From Polyangiales bacterium (GTDB lineage Bacteria; Myxococcota_A; Polyangia; Polyangiales; Polyangiaceae), in assembly GCA_038231275.1 (NCBI GenBank), contig JBBRLQ010000001.1, positions 224,001 through 288,000 on the forward strand: a stretch of 64,000 nt of DNA. The letters are read 5' to 3'. Positions 10,652 to 20,641 of the stretch are shown in pieces. The position numbers were made by a program, and so were the translations under genes. How positions within the stretch are numbered: the stretch's first letter is position 1; the number at the start of each line of letters is the position of its first letter. The notes below the pieces were generated by a model. The model was not told where the DNA came from and ran no database searches. It saw only the letters and a list, made by a program, of their open reading frames with translations.

Positions 10652-13327
10652 CTACTCGACGACGCGCACGTCGCGCACGACGTCGCCTTGCGCCACCGCG
10701 GACCAGTCTCCCTCCGCGCGGCCGACGCGGGCGAACTCGCCGTCGAGGTGAGGGTAGCGCGCGAGGGTGACGAAAATTTGGCTCGAGCCGGTGTCGCGGC
10801 CCGCGAGCGCGATGCCGACGTCGAGCGGACCGAACGCGACGGGCGACGTCTCGTCGCGAAGGAGCGTGCCGGCGCCTCCGTAACCGTCGCCGCCAGGATC
10901 GCCGAGCTGCACGACGAACCCGTGCACCACACGGTGAACGACGATGCCCTTGAAAAAGCCCGCGCGCGAGAGCTCGACGAGGTGGGTCGCCGTCACGGGC
11001 GCGAGGTCCGGCTCGACGACGATCGCGAGCTCGCCGGCGTCGGTCTGGAAGACGATCTTCGTCGGGCGCGTGACGAGACGAGCGAGCTCGGGGGCCGCGG
11101 CGCCTGCGGGCTCGGGCGGTCCGCATACGGGCGCGTCGTCACCGAGCGCGCGGAGCGCTTTGACCGCGCGGTCGCGCATCGTCACGTTGACGTCCTTGCA
11201 CGCGAGCGCCGCGGCCTCGCGCGCGCCGGGGATGCGAACGGCGACGGCGGCGTCGAGGAGGTTCGCGCGCGTCTCTACGAGATCCTCGGGCCACTTGAAC
11301 GCCAGCGCGTCCTTCAGCGCGCGAGCGATCGCAGGGTCGACGTCGCGCGCTGGGTTCGCCGTGGGGGGCGGCGCGCGCGGATCGAGCGCCGCGCGCTTCT
11401 CGCTCTCGGCCAGCGTCATCACGCGATCGGGGTGGGCCTGCACGACCGCAGCCGCCGTCGCGACGAGCCCGGCCATCTTCGAAGCGAGCGCCTCCGCGAG
11501 CGCCGCGCGCCCGACGTCTCCGAGCTCGCCGTGGAGCGAGAACGCATCCACCGCGTCCTCGCGCACGCGCAGATTCTTGGTACGCGCGAGGACCTTCCAT
11601 GCCGCGCGACGCTCGCCGATGAGCGGCCTTCGCACGAGCGCCGCGAGACGCGCCTTCTCCCACGCCTCGCTGCCCTCGGCGTCGCATTTCTTGAGGACGT
11701 CGGCGTCGAACGCCGCGCGCGCGAGGGCGAGCGCCGCGGTGCATCGTAGCTCCGCGAGCCTTCGCGCGAGCGGCTCAGGGGCGGTCCCCGGAGCTTCGAG
11801 GTGCGCGAGGGCCACCAGCGCAGGCTCTCCCTTCTTGGCGGGACCTTCGGCGAGCGCCCCGGCGAGCGCGGACAGGACCCCGTATTCTCCCGCGCCGAGC
11901 GCGCCGATCGCGAACGGATCTCTGTCCGGCACGAGCCGACCGAGCGCGTCGGCGATGCCGGCTTGGCCCGCGTCGCCGAGGAGGCCCAACGCGCGCGCCG
12001 CTTCTTCGCGCTCGGCCAGCGTGAAGGCGCGATCGGTGACGACCTTCACGAGCTCCGGCGCCGCGTCTTTGCCCGTTCGTCCGAGCGCGCGCACCGCGAA
12101 GATGCGCGGCGGCCCTGGGCGCGCCAGGAGAGCACGCGCCGCGTCGATTGCGCGCGCCACGAACGCTTCGTTCACGTGCTCCATGCGCCCGAGCGGATAG
12201 ATCGCGACCTCGAGCGGTGCGCCGTGCTTGCCCTCGGCGGCCTCGAGGAGCGACGTCATCGTCTCCGCGGCGAGCGCGCCACGCTTTGCCGCGAGATCGC
12301 CGAGGGCGAACGCCGCGCGATCGGCCCAGCTCCCTTGCGCGCGCACCCACGCGGCGAGGACGGGCTCCGACGACGGCGCGCCGCATCGCCCGACTGCGCG
12401 CGCGATCGCCGTTCGCAGATCGATCTCGACGCTCCCGCGCGCGCCGGCGTCGGCGGCACCGGCGTCACCGTCCACGAGGCCCGTCGCGCGCGCCACGAGG
12501 GCGCGGACGTGCGCTTCTTCGCGCCCCTTGCATGTGCGACCAAGACCGTACGCCGCCCACGCGGCGACCTCCTCGTCCTCGTCGACCAGCGCGCGCGCGA
12601 GCAGCTCGGCGCTCGCGTCGTCGGCGATGCGCGCGAGGGCACGAACCGCGCTCCGTCGCATCTTGGGATCGTGGCTCGTACGCGCGAGCTCTGCGACATC
12701 CTTCGCGCGCCTTTGATCCGCGGCGCGCGCGAGGACCGAGAGCTCCAGCCCCTCGAGGGGAGCGCCGCCATCGACGCTCGCGTCTGCGGCCAGCGAAGAC
12801 CCCGTCGGCTTCGGACACGCCGACAGCGCCACGACGAACGCGACCGGGAGGATCGACGCGACGCGCTCGCGCCCCCATCGGTAGACGCGCCGCACGAGCG
12901 ACGTCGGAGCCTCGTCGGCCGGCACCGGAACGACGCGCAACCCCTGGCGAGCAAAGAGCGCCGCCGCGCGTTGCATGTGCCACGCGCACGTCGAGAGGAG
13001 GACCTCGTCGGCGCCGAGCTCGCGGAGGAGCCTCGCCGAGAGACGGGCGTTCTGACGCGTCGAGGCGCTTCGCCGCTCCCGGAGGATGGAGCCAGGTGGG
13101 ACACCCAGGCAGATCAGCTCCTCGGCCAGCCCGTCCGCCTCCGTCAGGCCACTCCAGACCGAGCCACCGGACACCACGACCCTGATCTCGCCCTCACCGC
13201 GTTCCAGGGCCGAAAAATACGCGCGCGCGCCCGCTGCGGCCCGTCGGGCGGCCGCGCCGACGAGCCTGGACTCGGGGTTCCGGCGAATCACACACCCCAG
13301 GACCACGACCGCCGCCGTCCTACGCAT
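10652..13327 (-). CDS. Fusion: DUF218 (YdcF/ElyC) + HEAT-like repeats + cyclophilin-type PPIase
   Basis: N-term VVVSGG, EA..L, ERRSASTRQNA, STCAWHMQRA; internal lipobox VALSAC; C-term HRVVHGFVVQLGDP, GRDTGSSQIFVT. Confidence 0.8.
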   Translation of the reverse strand: MRRTAAVVVLGCVIRRNPESRLVGAAARRAAAGARAYFSALERGEGEIRVVVSGGSVWSGLTEADGLAEELICLGVPPGSILRERRSASTRQNARLSARLLRELGADEVLLSTCAWHMQRAAALFARQGLRVVPVPADEAPTSLVRRVYRWGRERVASILPVAFVVALSACPKPTGSSLAADASVDGGAPLEGLELSVLARAADQRRAKDVAELARTSHDPKMRRSAVRALARIADDASAELLARALVDEDEEVAAWAAYGLGRTCKGREEAHVRALVARATGLVDGDAGAADAGARGSVEIDLRTAIARAVGRCGAPSSEPVLAAWVRAQGSWADRAAFALGDLAAKRGALAAETMTSLLEAAEGKHGAPLEVAIYPLGRMEHVNEAFVARAIDAARALLARPGPPRIFAVRALGRTGKDAAPELVKVVTDRAFTLAEREEAARALGLLGDAGQAGIADALGRLVPDRDPFAIGALGAGEYGVLSALAGALAEGPAKKGEPALVALAHLEAPGTAPEPLARRLAELRCTAALALARAAFDADVLKKCDAEGSEAWEKARLAALVRRPLIGERRAAWKVLARTKNLRVREDAVDAFSLHGELGDVGRAALAEALASKMAGLVATAAAVVQAHPDRVMTLAESEKRAALDPRAPPPTANPARDVDPAIARALKDALAFKWPEDLVETRANLLDAAVAVRIPGAREAAALACKDVNVTMRDRAVKALRALGDDAPVCGPPEPAGAAAPELARLVTRPTKIVFQTDAGELAIVVEPDLAPVTATHLVELSRAGFFKGIVVHRVVHGFVVQLGDPGGDGYGGAGTLLRDETSPVAFGPLDVGIALAGRDTGSSQIFVTLARYPHLDGEFARVGRAEGDWSAVAQGDVVRDVRVVE

Positions 13328-13377
13328 GGGCCCCACACTAGCCCATCGGCGCCCGGGTCTGATAAGACGGAAAAACG

Positions 13378-14223
13378 ATGCGGATCCAGTTCTGGGGCGT
13401 GCGCGGAAGCATCCCGACTCCGGGACCCGACACAGTCCACTTCGGCGGAAACACGAGCTGCGTCGAGGTCCGCGCGGGGGACAAGCTCCTCATCTTCGAC
13501 GGCGGCACCGGCCTGCGCCTCCTCGGCAAGCAGCTCGTGCAGCAGATGCCGCTCGAGGCGCACATCTTTTTCAGCCACGTCCACTGGGATCACATCCAGG
13601 GCTTTCCGTTCTTCGATCCGGCGTTCGTCTCGGGAAACCGCATCCACCTCTACGGCGGCAACAACGTCTCGCGCACGCTCGAGGAGACGCTGGCCGGGCA
13701 GATGGATCATCCGAATTTCCCGGTCCACCTGACGGACATGGGCGCCAAGATGAATTTTCACGATCTCCACGAGGGGCAGGCGCTCCGCCTCGACGACGGC
13801 AAGTCACCGAAGATCTCGATCACGACCGCGCGCGGCAACCACCCGAACGGCGTCTGGGCGTACCGCGTCGAGTTCGGCGGCAAGAGCTTCGTCTACGCGA
13901 CGGACACCGAGCACTACCCCGACAAGATCGATCCGGGCCTCTTGAACCTCGCGAAGGACGTCGACGTCCTCGTCTACGACGCGCAGTACACGCCCGACGA
14001 GTACAAGGGCATCGCCGGGACCGGCGGCTCGAAGGTCGGCTGGGGCCACAGCACGTACACCGAAGCGGTGAAGCTCGCGGCCGCCGCGAAGGCGAAGCAG
14101 CTCATCTTGTTTCACCACGACCCACTGCAGAGCGACGACCAGGTGCGCGAGAAGGAGCGGAAGACGCGCGAGCTCTTCCCGAACAGCAGCGCCGCGTTCG
14201 AGGGGCTCGTCATCGACCTCTGA
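13378..14223 (+). CDS. MBL-fold metallo-hydrolase
   Basis: FWGVRGSIPTP, GGNTSC, SHVHWDHIQG, WGHS, FHHDP. Confidence 0.9.
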   Translation: MRIQFWGVRGSIPTPGPDTVHFGGNTSCVEVRAGDKLLIFDGGTGLRLLGKQLVQQMPLEAHIFFSHVHWDHIQGFPFFDPAFVSGNRIHLYGGNNVSRTLEETLAGQMDHPNFPVHLTDMGAKMNFHDLHEGQALRLDDGKSPKISITTARGNHPNGVWAYRVEFGGKSFVYATDTEHYPDKIDPGLLNLAKDVDVLVYDAQYTPDEYKGIAGTGGSKVGWGHSTYTEAVKLAAAAKAKQLILFHHDPLQSDDQVREKERKTRELFPNSSAAFEGLVIDL

Positions 14224-14362
14224 TCCGGTCGGAGCGCCTCCCGCGCGGAAGAAAAACGCGCTTCGCGAAAATGTTGCGGCGGCCCCACCGAGAGGTCGAC
14301 GTGGTTGCGCGCTTCGGAGGCCATTAGGGGCGCCTGCTGCGATTTCCAGCCTCTTTTTCGCG

Positions 14363-14378
14363 TGGCATCGCCGATGCA
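14363..14378 (+). promoter_or_regulatory. Putative sigma-54 (-24/-12) promoter
   Basis: TGGCATCGCCGATGCA has GG-N10-GC spacing, 71 nt upstream of the sigma-factor ATG. Confidence 0.6.
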
Positions 14379-14449
14379 ATAGGCGCTCGTAGCTGCTCCC
14401 GATGCCGGCGTGACGCCGGAGTCGTTGCGGGAGAGCGTGGAGGTTTGCC

Positions 14450-15268
14450 ATGGGCTCGTACGACGAGGTGGCCTCGCTACGTGCATACCGCGGGTCGCTC
14501 TCCCATATCGCGCCGCTCTCGCGCGAGGACGAGCGGGAGCTGGCGCGACGCTGGAGCAAGGGGGACAAGAAGGCCGGAGACGCGCTCGTGCGAGGGTGCC
14601 TGCCGTTCGTGGTGTCGATCGCGCTCGAGTACCGGCGCTGGGGCGTTCCGCTCGAGGACATCGTCCAACAAGGCAACCTCGGGCTTCTTCGCGCCGCCGC
14701 GAAATTCGATCTCTCGAAGGAGTGCCGCCTCGCGACCTACGCCGCGTACTGGATCCGCGCGGAGATCCGCGAGTTCGTCGTCCGCGCCTACCGCGTCGTG
14801 CGGCTCGGCACCACGAAGAATGAGCGGCGCGCGCTGCGCCTCTACCGAACGTCGCAAGACACGAGCGCCGAGACGCTGGCAAAGGAGTCGGGCCTCAGCA
14901 TCGAACGCGTGCAGCAGCTCTTGCCGATCCTCGCCGCGCGCGAGACCAGCCTCGACGCGAACACGAACGGCGCGCCGGCGGTCGGCGAGCGACTCGTCGC
15001 GGCCGGACAGAGCCCGGAGGAAGAGGTCGGCGGCAAGGAAGCCACGGCGCGCGCACAGGCGGCCGTGAGCGCGGCGCTGGGCGTCCTCAACGCGCGCGAG
15101 CGGCTCATCGTCGAGGAGCGCATCATGGCAGAGGACCCCGCGACGCTTCAGGAGCTCGGGGTGCGCCTCGGCGTCAGCAAGGAGCGTGTTCGTCAGCTCG
15201 AGGAGCGGGCCTACGGGAAGCTTCGATCGACGCTCGGGCCCGTTCGCGAGCTCGCCCAAGCGGGCTGA
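14450..15268 (+). CDS. RNA polymerase sigma-70 family factor, RpoH/sigma-32-like
   Basis: DIVQQGNLGLLRAAAKFD, TYAAYWIRAEI, TLQELGVRLGVSKERVRQLE; GGAGG SD. Confidence 0.9.
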   Translation: MGSYDEVASLRAYRGSLSHIAPLSREDERELARRWSKGDKKAGDALVRGCLPFVVSIALEYRRWGVPLEDIVQQGNLGLLRAAAKFDLSKECRLATYAAYWIRAEIREFVVRAYRVVRLGTTKNERRALRLYRTSQDTSAETLAKESGLSIERVQQLLPILAARETSLDANTNGAPAVGERLVAAGQSPEEEVGGKEATARAQAAVSAALGVLNARERLIVEERIMAEDPATLQELGVRLGVSKERVRQLEERAYGKLRSTLGPVRELAQAG

Positions 15269-15331
15269 TCCGCCCCGCACCGCGCAGAAACTGCCCCCCG
15301 CCCACCCGGGCTGCTACGCTTCTTCGTCCGT

Positions 15332-17197
15332 ATGAGCGATCGGATGGGGCGAAACCTTGCCTGGCTCTCGGTGGGCGCTGCCGCGCTCGGCGGGCTCTGG
15401 ATCGCCACGCGCGTCGCGGCGCCGCCGCCCGTACCGCTCGCCGCCGCGGTCCCGTCCGCAGCCCCGGCGCCGGCCGACGAGCCCGATGAGGACACGCGCT
15501 CGTACTCGTTCCGGCTTCCATCCGGAGAACCGACGGCGCTGGCATGTGGCGAGGCGCGTCGCATCGTGGAGCAGGTCCGCGCGGGGTTGGCGTACGAGCC
15601 CGACGCCGTCGCGACGCGCGCGTTCTCCGAGTCGACTGCCGATTGGCTCGATCCCCACGAGCTTTGGGCCCTCTCCTCCGACGCGCCGACGAACACGACG
15701 ATCGAGAAGCACGCGACGGAGCTCATTGGTGAGATCGAAGGGCGGCGCCTCGACGACTGCGAGGCCGCGCGCGCGATCGCCGAAGCGCTCGTGCCGTGGG
15801 TCGGCGAGCTGCGTGGCGTGTTCGACACCGCGCGTGCAGGTCCTGCGGGCCCAGAGGAGGCCGACGCGCTCCGTGCTCCTCTCGTCGTAACGGGCACGAC
15901 GCGTATCGTCGCCCGTGAGCTGGCGGCGTCGCTCGGGAGGCGCGCTGCCGCCGTCGAGCGCATGCTGGGCGCGGCCGGAAAGACGTACGCCGACGCCGCG
16001 CGCGAGCGCTTTTTTCCTGGCCTCGACGCGGAGGGGTGGTCGAAGGTCATCCTCGCCGCCGCCGTGCGCGCGTACGTGCCGCTGGTCGATCCGCACGGAG
16101 CGTGGGCACCGTTCGACGAGGAGGCCAGCGTCTACGAGGTGGAGCTCTCCGCAAGGCCGCCGAGCCGCCTCTGGCAGTCCGGCGAGTTCACCGCGCTCGG
16201 GTTTCGCGTAAAAGAAGGTGCCGCAGAGCCGCTCGCCAAGGGCGACGTCCTCCTCGCCGTCGCGGGCGTGCCGATCGCGGGGTTGCCGCTCGAGCAGCTG
16301 GATCAGCTCGGCTTCGCGGCAGCCGAAGCCCGCACGCCAGAGACCGCGGTGCTCGTGCGCGAGGGCGAATCGTCGCCGCGCACCGTCAAGCTCAGCCCCG
16401 CCGACGAGACTCCGCCGCAAGCGCGTGAGCACGAGCCGCTCCCCGCCGAGCGCCTCCCCTTCGGCGACGGCGACGCGCTGCTCGTGACGATCCGCGACGT
16501 CCGCGACGATCTCGGCGATCAGCTCGCGCGCGCAATTCGCGATGCGCGCGGGCGTGGAGATGGGCGCGCGCTCGCGGGCGTCGTCCTGGATCTCCGCGGA
16601 AACGGCGGCGGCTCGACCGACGGCGCGATCGACGCGCTCGGCCTCTTTTTGCCGGGCGCGCCGCTCTTCCCCATGAAGCGGCGCGACGGCACGATCGAGA
16701 CCGATCGCGCGCCCGAGCCGCCCGCGCAGGATCGCTGGACCGGCCCCGTCGCCACGCTCGTCGACGGCTCCACCGCCAGCGCGGCCGAGATGATCGCCGG
16801 CGCGCTCGCCTCGTACCACCGCGGTCCGCACGTCGGCGCGCCGACCTACGGCAAGGGCTGCGCGCAGGAATACGTGGACGACGACGCGCGCGCCGGCGTG
16901 CTCCGCTTGACGACGCTGCTCTACGCGCTGCCCGACGGGACACCGGTGCAGAAGGTCGGGTTGACTCCGCTCTTTCGCGTGCCGTTCGCGGGCAGCGCCA
17001 CCGATCGCGAGGCGACGCTCGCCCACTCGGCGCCGACGTGGCACGGGCCCGACGTCCGACAGAAGATCGCCGATCTCGGACCGTTCGCGTGGCCGAGCCA
17101 CGGCGGCGCGGTGGGACCGTGCAAAGACGTCGACGTCTGCCGCGCCCTCCGCGCCATCGGCAACGGCGGCAAGCGACCGATCGCCGCGAAACGCTGA
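15332..17197 (+). CDS. S41 family C-terminal processing peptidase
   Basis: VLDLRGNGGG, TASAAE (catalytic Ser), TYGKG (Lys), DPH. Confidence 0.85.
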   Translation: MSDRMGRNLAWLSVGAAALGGLWIATRVAAPPPVPLAAAVPSAAPAPADEPDEDTRSYSFRLPSGEPTALACGEARRIVEQVRAGLAYEPDAVATRAFSESTADWLDPHELWALSSDAPTNTTIEKHATELIGEIEGRRLDDCEAARAIAEALVPWVGELRGVFDTARAGPAGPEEADALRAPLVVTGTTRIVARELAASLGRRAAAVERMLGAAGKTYADAARERFFPGLDAEGWSKVILAAAVRAYVPLVDPHGAWAPFDEEASVYEVELSARPPSRLWQSGEFTALGFRVKEGAAEPLAKGDVLLAVAGVPIAGLPLEQLDQLGFAAAEARTPETAVLVREGESSPRTVKLSPADETPPQAREHEPLPAERLPFGDGDALLVTIRDVRDDLGDQLARAIRDARGRGDGRALAGVVLDLRGNGGGSTDGAIDALGLFLPGAPLFPMKRRDGTIETDRAPEPPAQDRWTGPVATLVDGSTASAAEMIAGALASYHRGPHVGAPTYGKGCAQEYVDDDARAGVLRLTTLLYALPDGTPVQKVGLTPLFRVPFAGSATDREATLAHSAPTWHGPDVRQKIADLGPFAWPSHGGAVGPCKDVDVCRALRAIGNGGKRPIAAKR

Positions 17198-17216
17198 CCA
17201 ACGCGAGCGCCGAGCG

Positions 17217-18104
17217 CTACGTGGGCGCGCCGGGGGGCCGCGTCGGCATTCGCGTCGAGTTCACGACCGCGAGATCCATCAGGCCGCGTGAGGCGGCGGC
17301 CTCGATCGCGCGGCGGAGCCCGTCGTAGCTCGCGAACGAGTCGGGCGCGAACGACTCGACGCCGAAGGTGCGCTTCACGAGCGGCGCCATCGTCGGATCG
17401 GAGCACGCATCGACGAACGCGGCGGCCAGCGATTTGCCGAGGTCGGGGTCGATGTCGTTGCGCACGGCGATCAGGTCGGCGGGGATCTCGCCAAACGTAG
17501 CGAGCACGCGCAGCGCCGAGTACTCACCGGTCTCGTTCGTCCAGCCTCCGCGCGACACGGCGCCGACGTCGTCGAGACCCGCGAAGGTGGCGGCGACGTC
17601 GGCCGATCCGTCGATGAGCGCGCGGACGGCCGCCTGGTGCGAGCCGTAGAACCGCTCCTCCGCGAAGACCGTGCGCGGATCGATCCCGTGCGCGGCGAGC
17701 TGGATGCGCGGGAGCACGTAGCCGCTCGCGCTGAGCGGATCGACCCACGCGATGCTCTTGCCGCGGAGATCCTCCAGCGACTCGATGTCGGAGGCGATCG
17801 GCACGACGAGCACCGACTGGTATCCGCCGACGCCGGTGCGACGACGGCGGTTCACGACGAGCGGCGCGGCGACGCCCTCGTGCTCGAGGCGAACGAACAC
17901 GATGGGCGGCAGCCACGCGACGTGCAGCGCCCCTTCGACCATCTGCCGCGCGAGCGCCTCGTACGACGGCACCTGGAAGCGCACGAGCTCGATCCCCGCG
18001 CGCGCGCCGATCCATCGGATGAGCGTGCCGACGCCGGCGTCCGGGCCCGAGCTGGTCTCGGGGACGGCGAGGCCGAAGACGAGGCGTGAGGGCAGGCCGG
18101 TCAT
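17217..18104 (-). CDS. PhnD-like phosphonate/phosphate-binding protein
   Basis: YQSVLVV, LEDLRGKSIAWVDPLSASGY, GSHQA..ADVAA; no signal peptide seen. Confidence 0.8.
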   Translation of the reverse strand: MTGLPSRLVFGLAVPETSSGPDAGVGTLIRWIGARAGIELVRFQVPSYEALARQMVEGALHVAWLPPIVFVRLEHEGVAAPLVVNRRRRTGVGGYQSVLVVPIASDIESLEDLRGKSIAWVDPLSASGYVLPRIQLAAHGIDPRTVFAEERFYGSHQAAVRALIDGSADVAATFAGLDDVGAVSRGGWTNETGEYSALRVLATFGEIPADLIAVRNDIDPDLGKSLAAAFVDACSDPTMAPLVKRTFGVESFAPDSFASYDGLRRAIEAAASRGLMDLAVVNSTRMPTRPPGAPT

Positions 18105-18183
18105 GAAGGTCGCGTGCAGTATCAGGGGCCTCGGCCAAAGTCGCAACCGGCGCCATCGCGCATCGTCCGGCCAACCGCAGCCC

Positions 18184-18951
18184 TCAGCGGTGGATCAGGT
18201 CGATCGCCAGCTTGACGACCAGCGCGAGCACGACCAGGAGCACGACCGCGCGCACGAAACGGTCACCGCGGCGGATCGCGAGGCGCACGCCGACGAAGGC
18301 GCCGAGGGCGTTCGCGGCCGCCATCGGCAGGGCGATTTGCCAGATCACCGTGCCGCGGATGCTGAAAAGAAGGAGCGCCGCGAGGTTCGAGGCCAGGTTC
18401 ACCACCTTCGCGTTTCCGGAGGCGCGTGTGAGGTTGTCGCCGAACAGGAGCGCGTTCCCTACGATCAGCATCGAGCCGGTGCCCGGTCCGAAAAATCCGT
18501 CGTACGCGCCGAGGCCCAAGGCAAGGATGCCCAGCGCGAGGCGGGGCCGAGTCGCCCACGGCGCCGTTGCCTCGGTCGTTCGCCGAAGCGCGACCACCGC
18601 CGCGGCGACCACGAGGAGCACGAGAATCACCGGGCGTAGACGCGCCGGTGTGAAGAGGAAGAGCATCGCCGCGCCGCCGAGAGAGCCGACGAAGCCCGAC
18701 ACGAACGCGAGCGGCACGCGCGGGCGATCGATCGCGTCACGCGACCAGAACGAGGCGAACGACGACACCGCGCCGAAAGACGCCTGCCCTTTGTTGGTCC
18801 CGAGAGCGAGGTGCGGAGGCAGCCCAGCCGTGAGGAGCGCCGGCACGGTCAGGAGCCCACCGCCTCCTGCGATCGCGTCGACGAGCCCGGCGAAGAAGCC
18901 GACCAAGGCGAGCAGCGCGAGGGTCGAGGGTGCGACGTCGTGGCCGAGCAC
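18184..18951 (-). CDS. TSUP (TauE/SafE) family transporter
   Basis: DAIAGGGGLLTVP, ALGTNK, YDGFFGPGTG. Confidence 0.9.
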   Translation of the reverse strand: MLGHDVAPSTLALLALVGFFAGLVDAIAGGGGLLTVPALLTAGLPPHLALGTNKGQASFGAVSSFASFWSRDAIDRPRVPLAFVSGFVGSLGGAAMLFLFTPARLRPVILVLLVVAAAVVALRRTTEATAPWATRPRLALGILALGLGAYDGFFGPGTGSMLIVGNALLFGDNLTRASGNAKVVNLASNLAALLLFSIRGTVIWQIALPMAAANALGAFVGVRLAIRRGDRFVRAVVLLVVLALVVKLAIDLIHR

Positions 18952-18989
18952 CGCGCGACGCTACCACGACGCGGTGCTACGATTCCTTC

Positions 18990-20063
18990 GTGGCGCGCTC
19001 TCCGTTTCGAGACGAGGAGGAGGCGGCGCTCGAGCGCGTCGGTCGCCTCGAGCGGGAGAACGCAGAGCTCCGCGCGGCGCTCGCGGCGTCGCATCGGTCG
19101 GCCGGTCGCGGCGGGCCTGCGCGTCCGACGCTGGCGATCGCGGCGGTCGTCCTGTGCGCGGCGACGGTGACCGGCCTCGTGACCGCGCGCCTCCCGACGC
19201 CGAACGATCGCGCGAGCGCGGCGCTGGCGGTGCCGGCGAATCATGGCGACGCGCAGTGGCGTCCTCTCACCACGAGCGCGCGCACGCTTCGCGCTGCGAC
19301 GGCGATCGGCAGCACGGTCCTCGTCGCCGGTGATGGAGCGCTCCTCCGTTTCGGCGGCGCCGAGGACGATGGCGACGACGCGATCCCCTCGCGCTGGCCA
19401 GCGATTCACGGAGTCGGCGGGCAGCGCGGCCATCTCTTCGCCGTCGGAGAGCGCGGCACCATTCTGGCCGAGCGCGGCGCGCGGGCGTGGATGCCGGAGA
19501 CGACCCCGCCGGTCCCCGAGCTCCGCGCCGTCACCGCCGCAGGAGACGACGCGTGGGCAGTGGGCAGAGGCGGTGCCGTCCTCCACCTGACGCGCCAGCG
19601 GTGGATCCTCGAGGACAGCGGCACGACGCGCGATCTCAACGGCGTCGCGCGCAGCCCCGATGGCGTCTACGTCGTCGGAGCGAGTGGCACGATCCTCGTG
19701 CAGCGCCCCGACCGCGCGGGATGGATCGAGGAGTCGAGCGGCGTCGGCGCCGACTTGCTCGCCGCGTTCCAGCAAGACGGCGTCGTTTACGCGGTCGGCA
19801 AAGGCGGCGCGATCGTCCGGCGCGCGCGCGACGGATGGGTCCGCGAAGCGAGCGGGACGCTCCACGATCTCTTTGCCGTGGGCGGCGACGGCCAGGCCGT
19901 CTACGCGGTCGGCGCGGCAGGCACGATCCTCCGCTCCGCCGGCACCGGCGTCTGGCGGGTCGAGGAGGGCCACACGACCGGCGATCTCCTCTGCGTCGCG
20001 GGCGCCGGCGAGCTCGTCTACGCCGCTGGCGAAGGCGGGACGCTCGTGCGACGCTCGTATTGA
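18990..20063 (+). CDS. Membrane-anchored beta-propeller repeat protein (BNR/YCF48-like)
   Basis: Coiled coil + TM, then repeated AVG..G.IL...W..E.SG...DL units. Confidence 0.7.
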   Translation: MARSPFRDEEEAALERVGRLERENAELRAALAASHRSAGRGGPARPTLAIAAVVLCAATVTGLVTARLPTPNDRASAALAVPANHGDAQWRPLTTSARTLRAATAIGSTVLVAGDGALLRFGGAEDDGDDAIPSRWPAIHGVGGQRGHLFAVGERGTILAERGARAWMPETTPPVPELRAVTAAGDDAWAVGRGGAVLHLTRQRWILEDSGTTRDLNGVARSPDGVYVVGASGTILVQRPDRAGWIEESSGVGADLLAAFQQDGVVYAVGKGGAIVRRARDGWVREASGTLHDLFAVGGDGQAVYAVGAAGTILRSAGTGVWRVEEGHTTGDLLCVAGAGELVYAAGEGGTLVRRSY

Positions 20064-20641
20064 TGAACCGCCGCTTCAGCATCGTGCTCGGCAGCACCCG
20101 CGAGGGGGGCAACTCCGAGGTCCTCGCCAAGCACGCGCTCGAGGGCGTCCCGCAAGGCGCCGAGACGCGCTGGCTGCGCCTCCGCGATCTCCCCCTGCCG
20201 CCCTTCGTCGACGTGCGCCACGAAGGCGAGGGCGAGTACCCCGCCCCGACCGGCCACGCCAAGACGCTCCTCGACGCCACCCTGTGGGCGACCGATCTCG
20301 TCTTCGCGACGCCCACGTACTGGTACAGCCTCCCTGCGTCGGTGAAGCTCTACCTCGATCACTGGAGCGCGTGGATGCGCGTGCCGGGCCTCGAGTTCAA
20401 GAAGGCGATGAAGGGGCGGGCGCTCTGGGTCATCACCGTCAACTCCGACGATCCCGGCGAGGACGCCAGCAGCGGGCCCCTGCTGCGCACGCTCGAGCTA
20501 ACTGCAGAATACATGCACATGCGCTTCGCGGGAGCGCTGGTCGGCCACGGCAACCGCCCCGGCGACGCCGCGAAGGACGAGATCGCCATCCGCGCCGCGC
20601 GCACGTTCTTCCGCGTGAGCGGGTCTACTCCGCACTTGTGA
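20063..20641 (+). CDS. Flavodoxin-like NAD(P)H-dependent oxidoreductase
   Basis: LGSTREGGNSEVLA, FATPTYWYSLPASVKLYLD; TGATG coupling. Confidence 0.85.
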   Translation: MNRRFSIVLGSTREGGNSEVLAKHALEGVPQGAETRWLRLRDLPLPPFVDVRHEGEGEYPAPTGHAKTLLDATLWATDLVFATPTYWYSLPASVKLYLDHWSAWMRVPGLEFKKAMKGRALWVITVNSDDPGEDASSGPLLRTLELTAEYMHMRFAGALVGHGNRPGDAAKDEIAIRAARTFFRVSGSTPHL

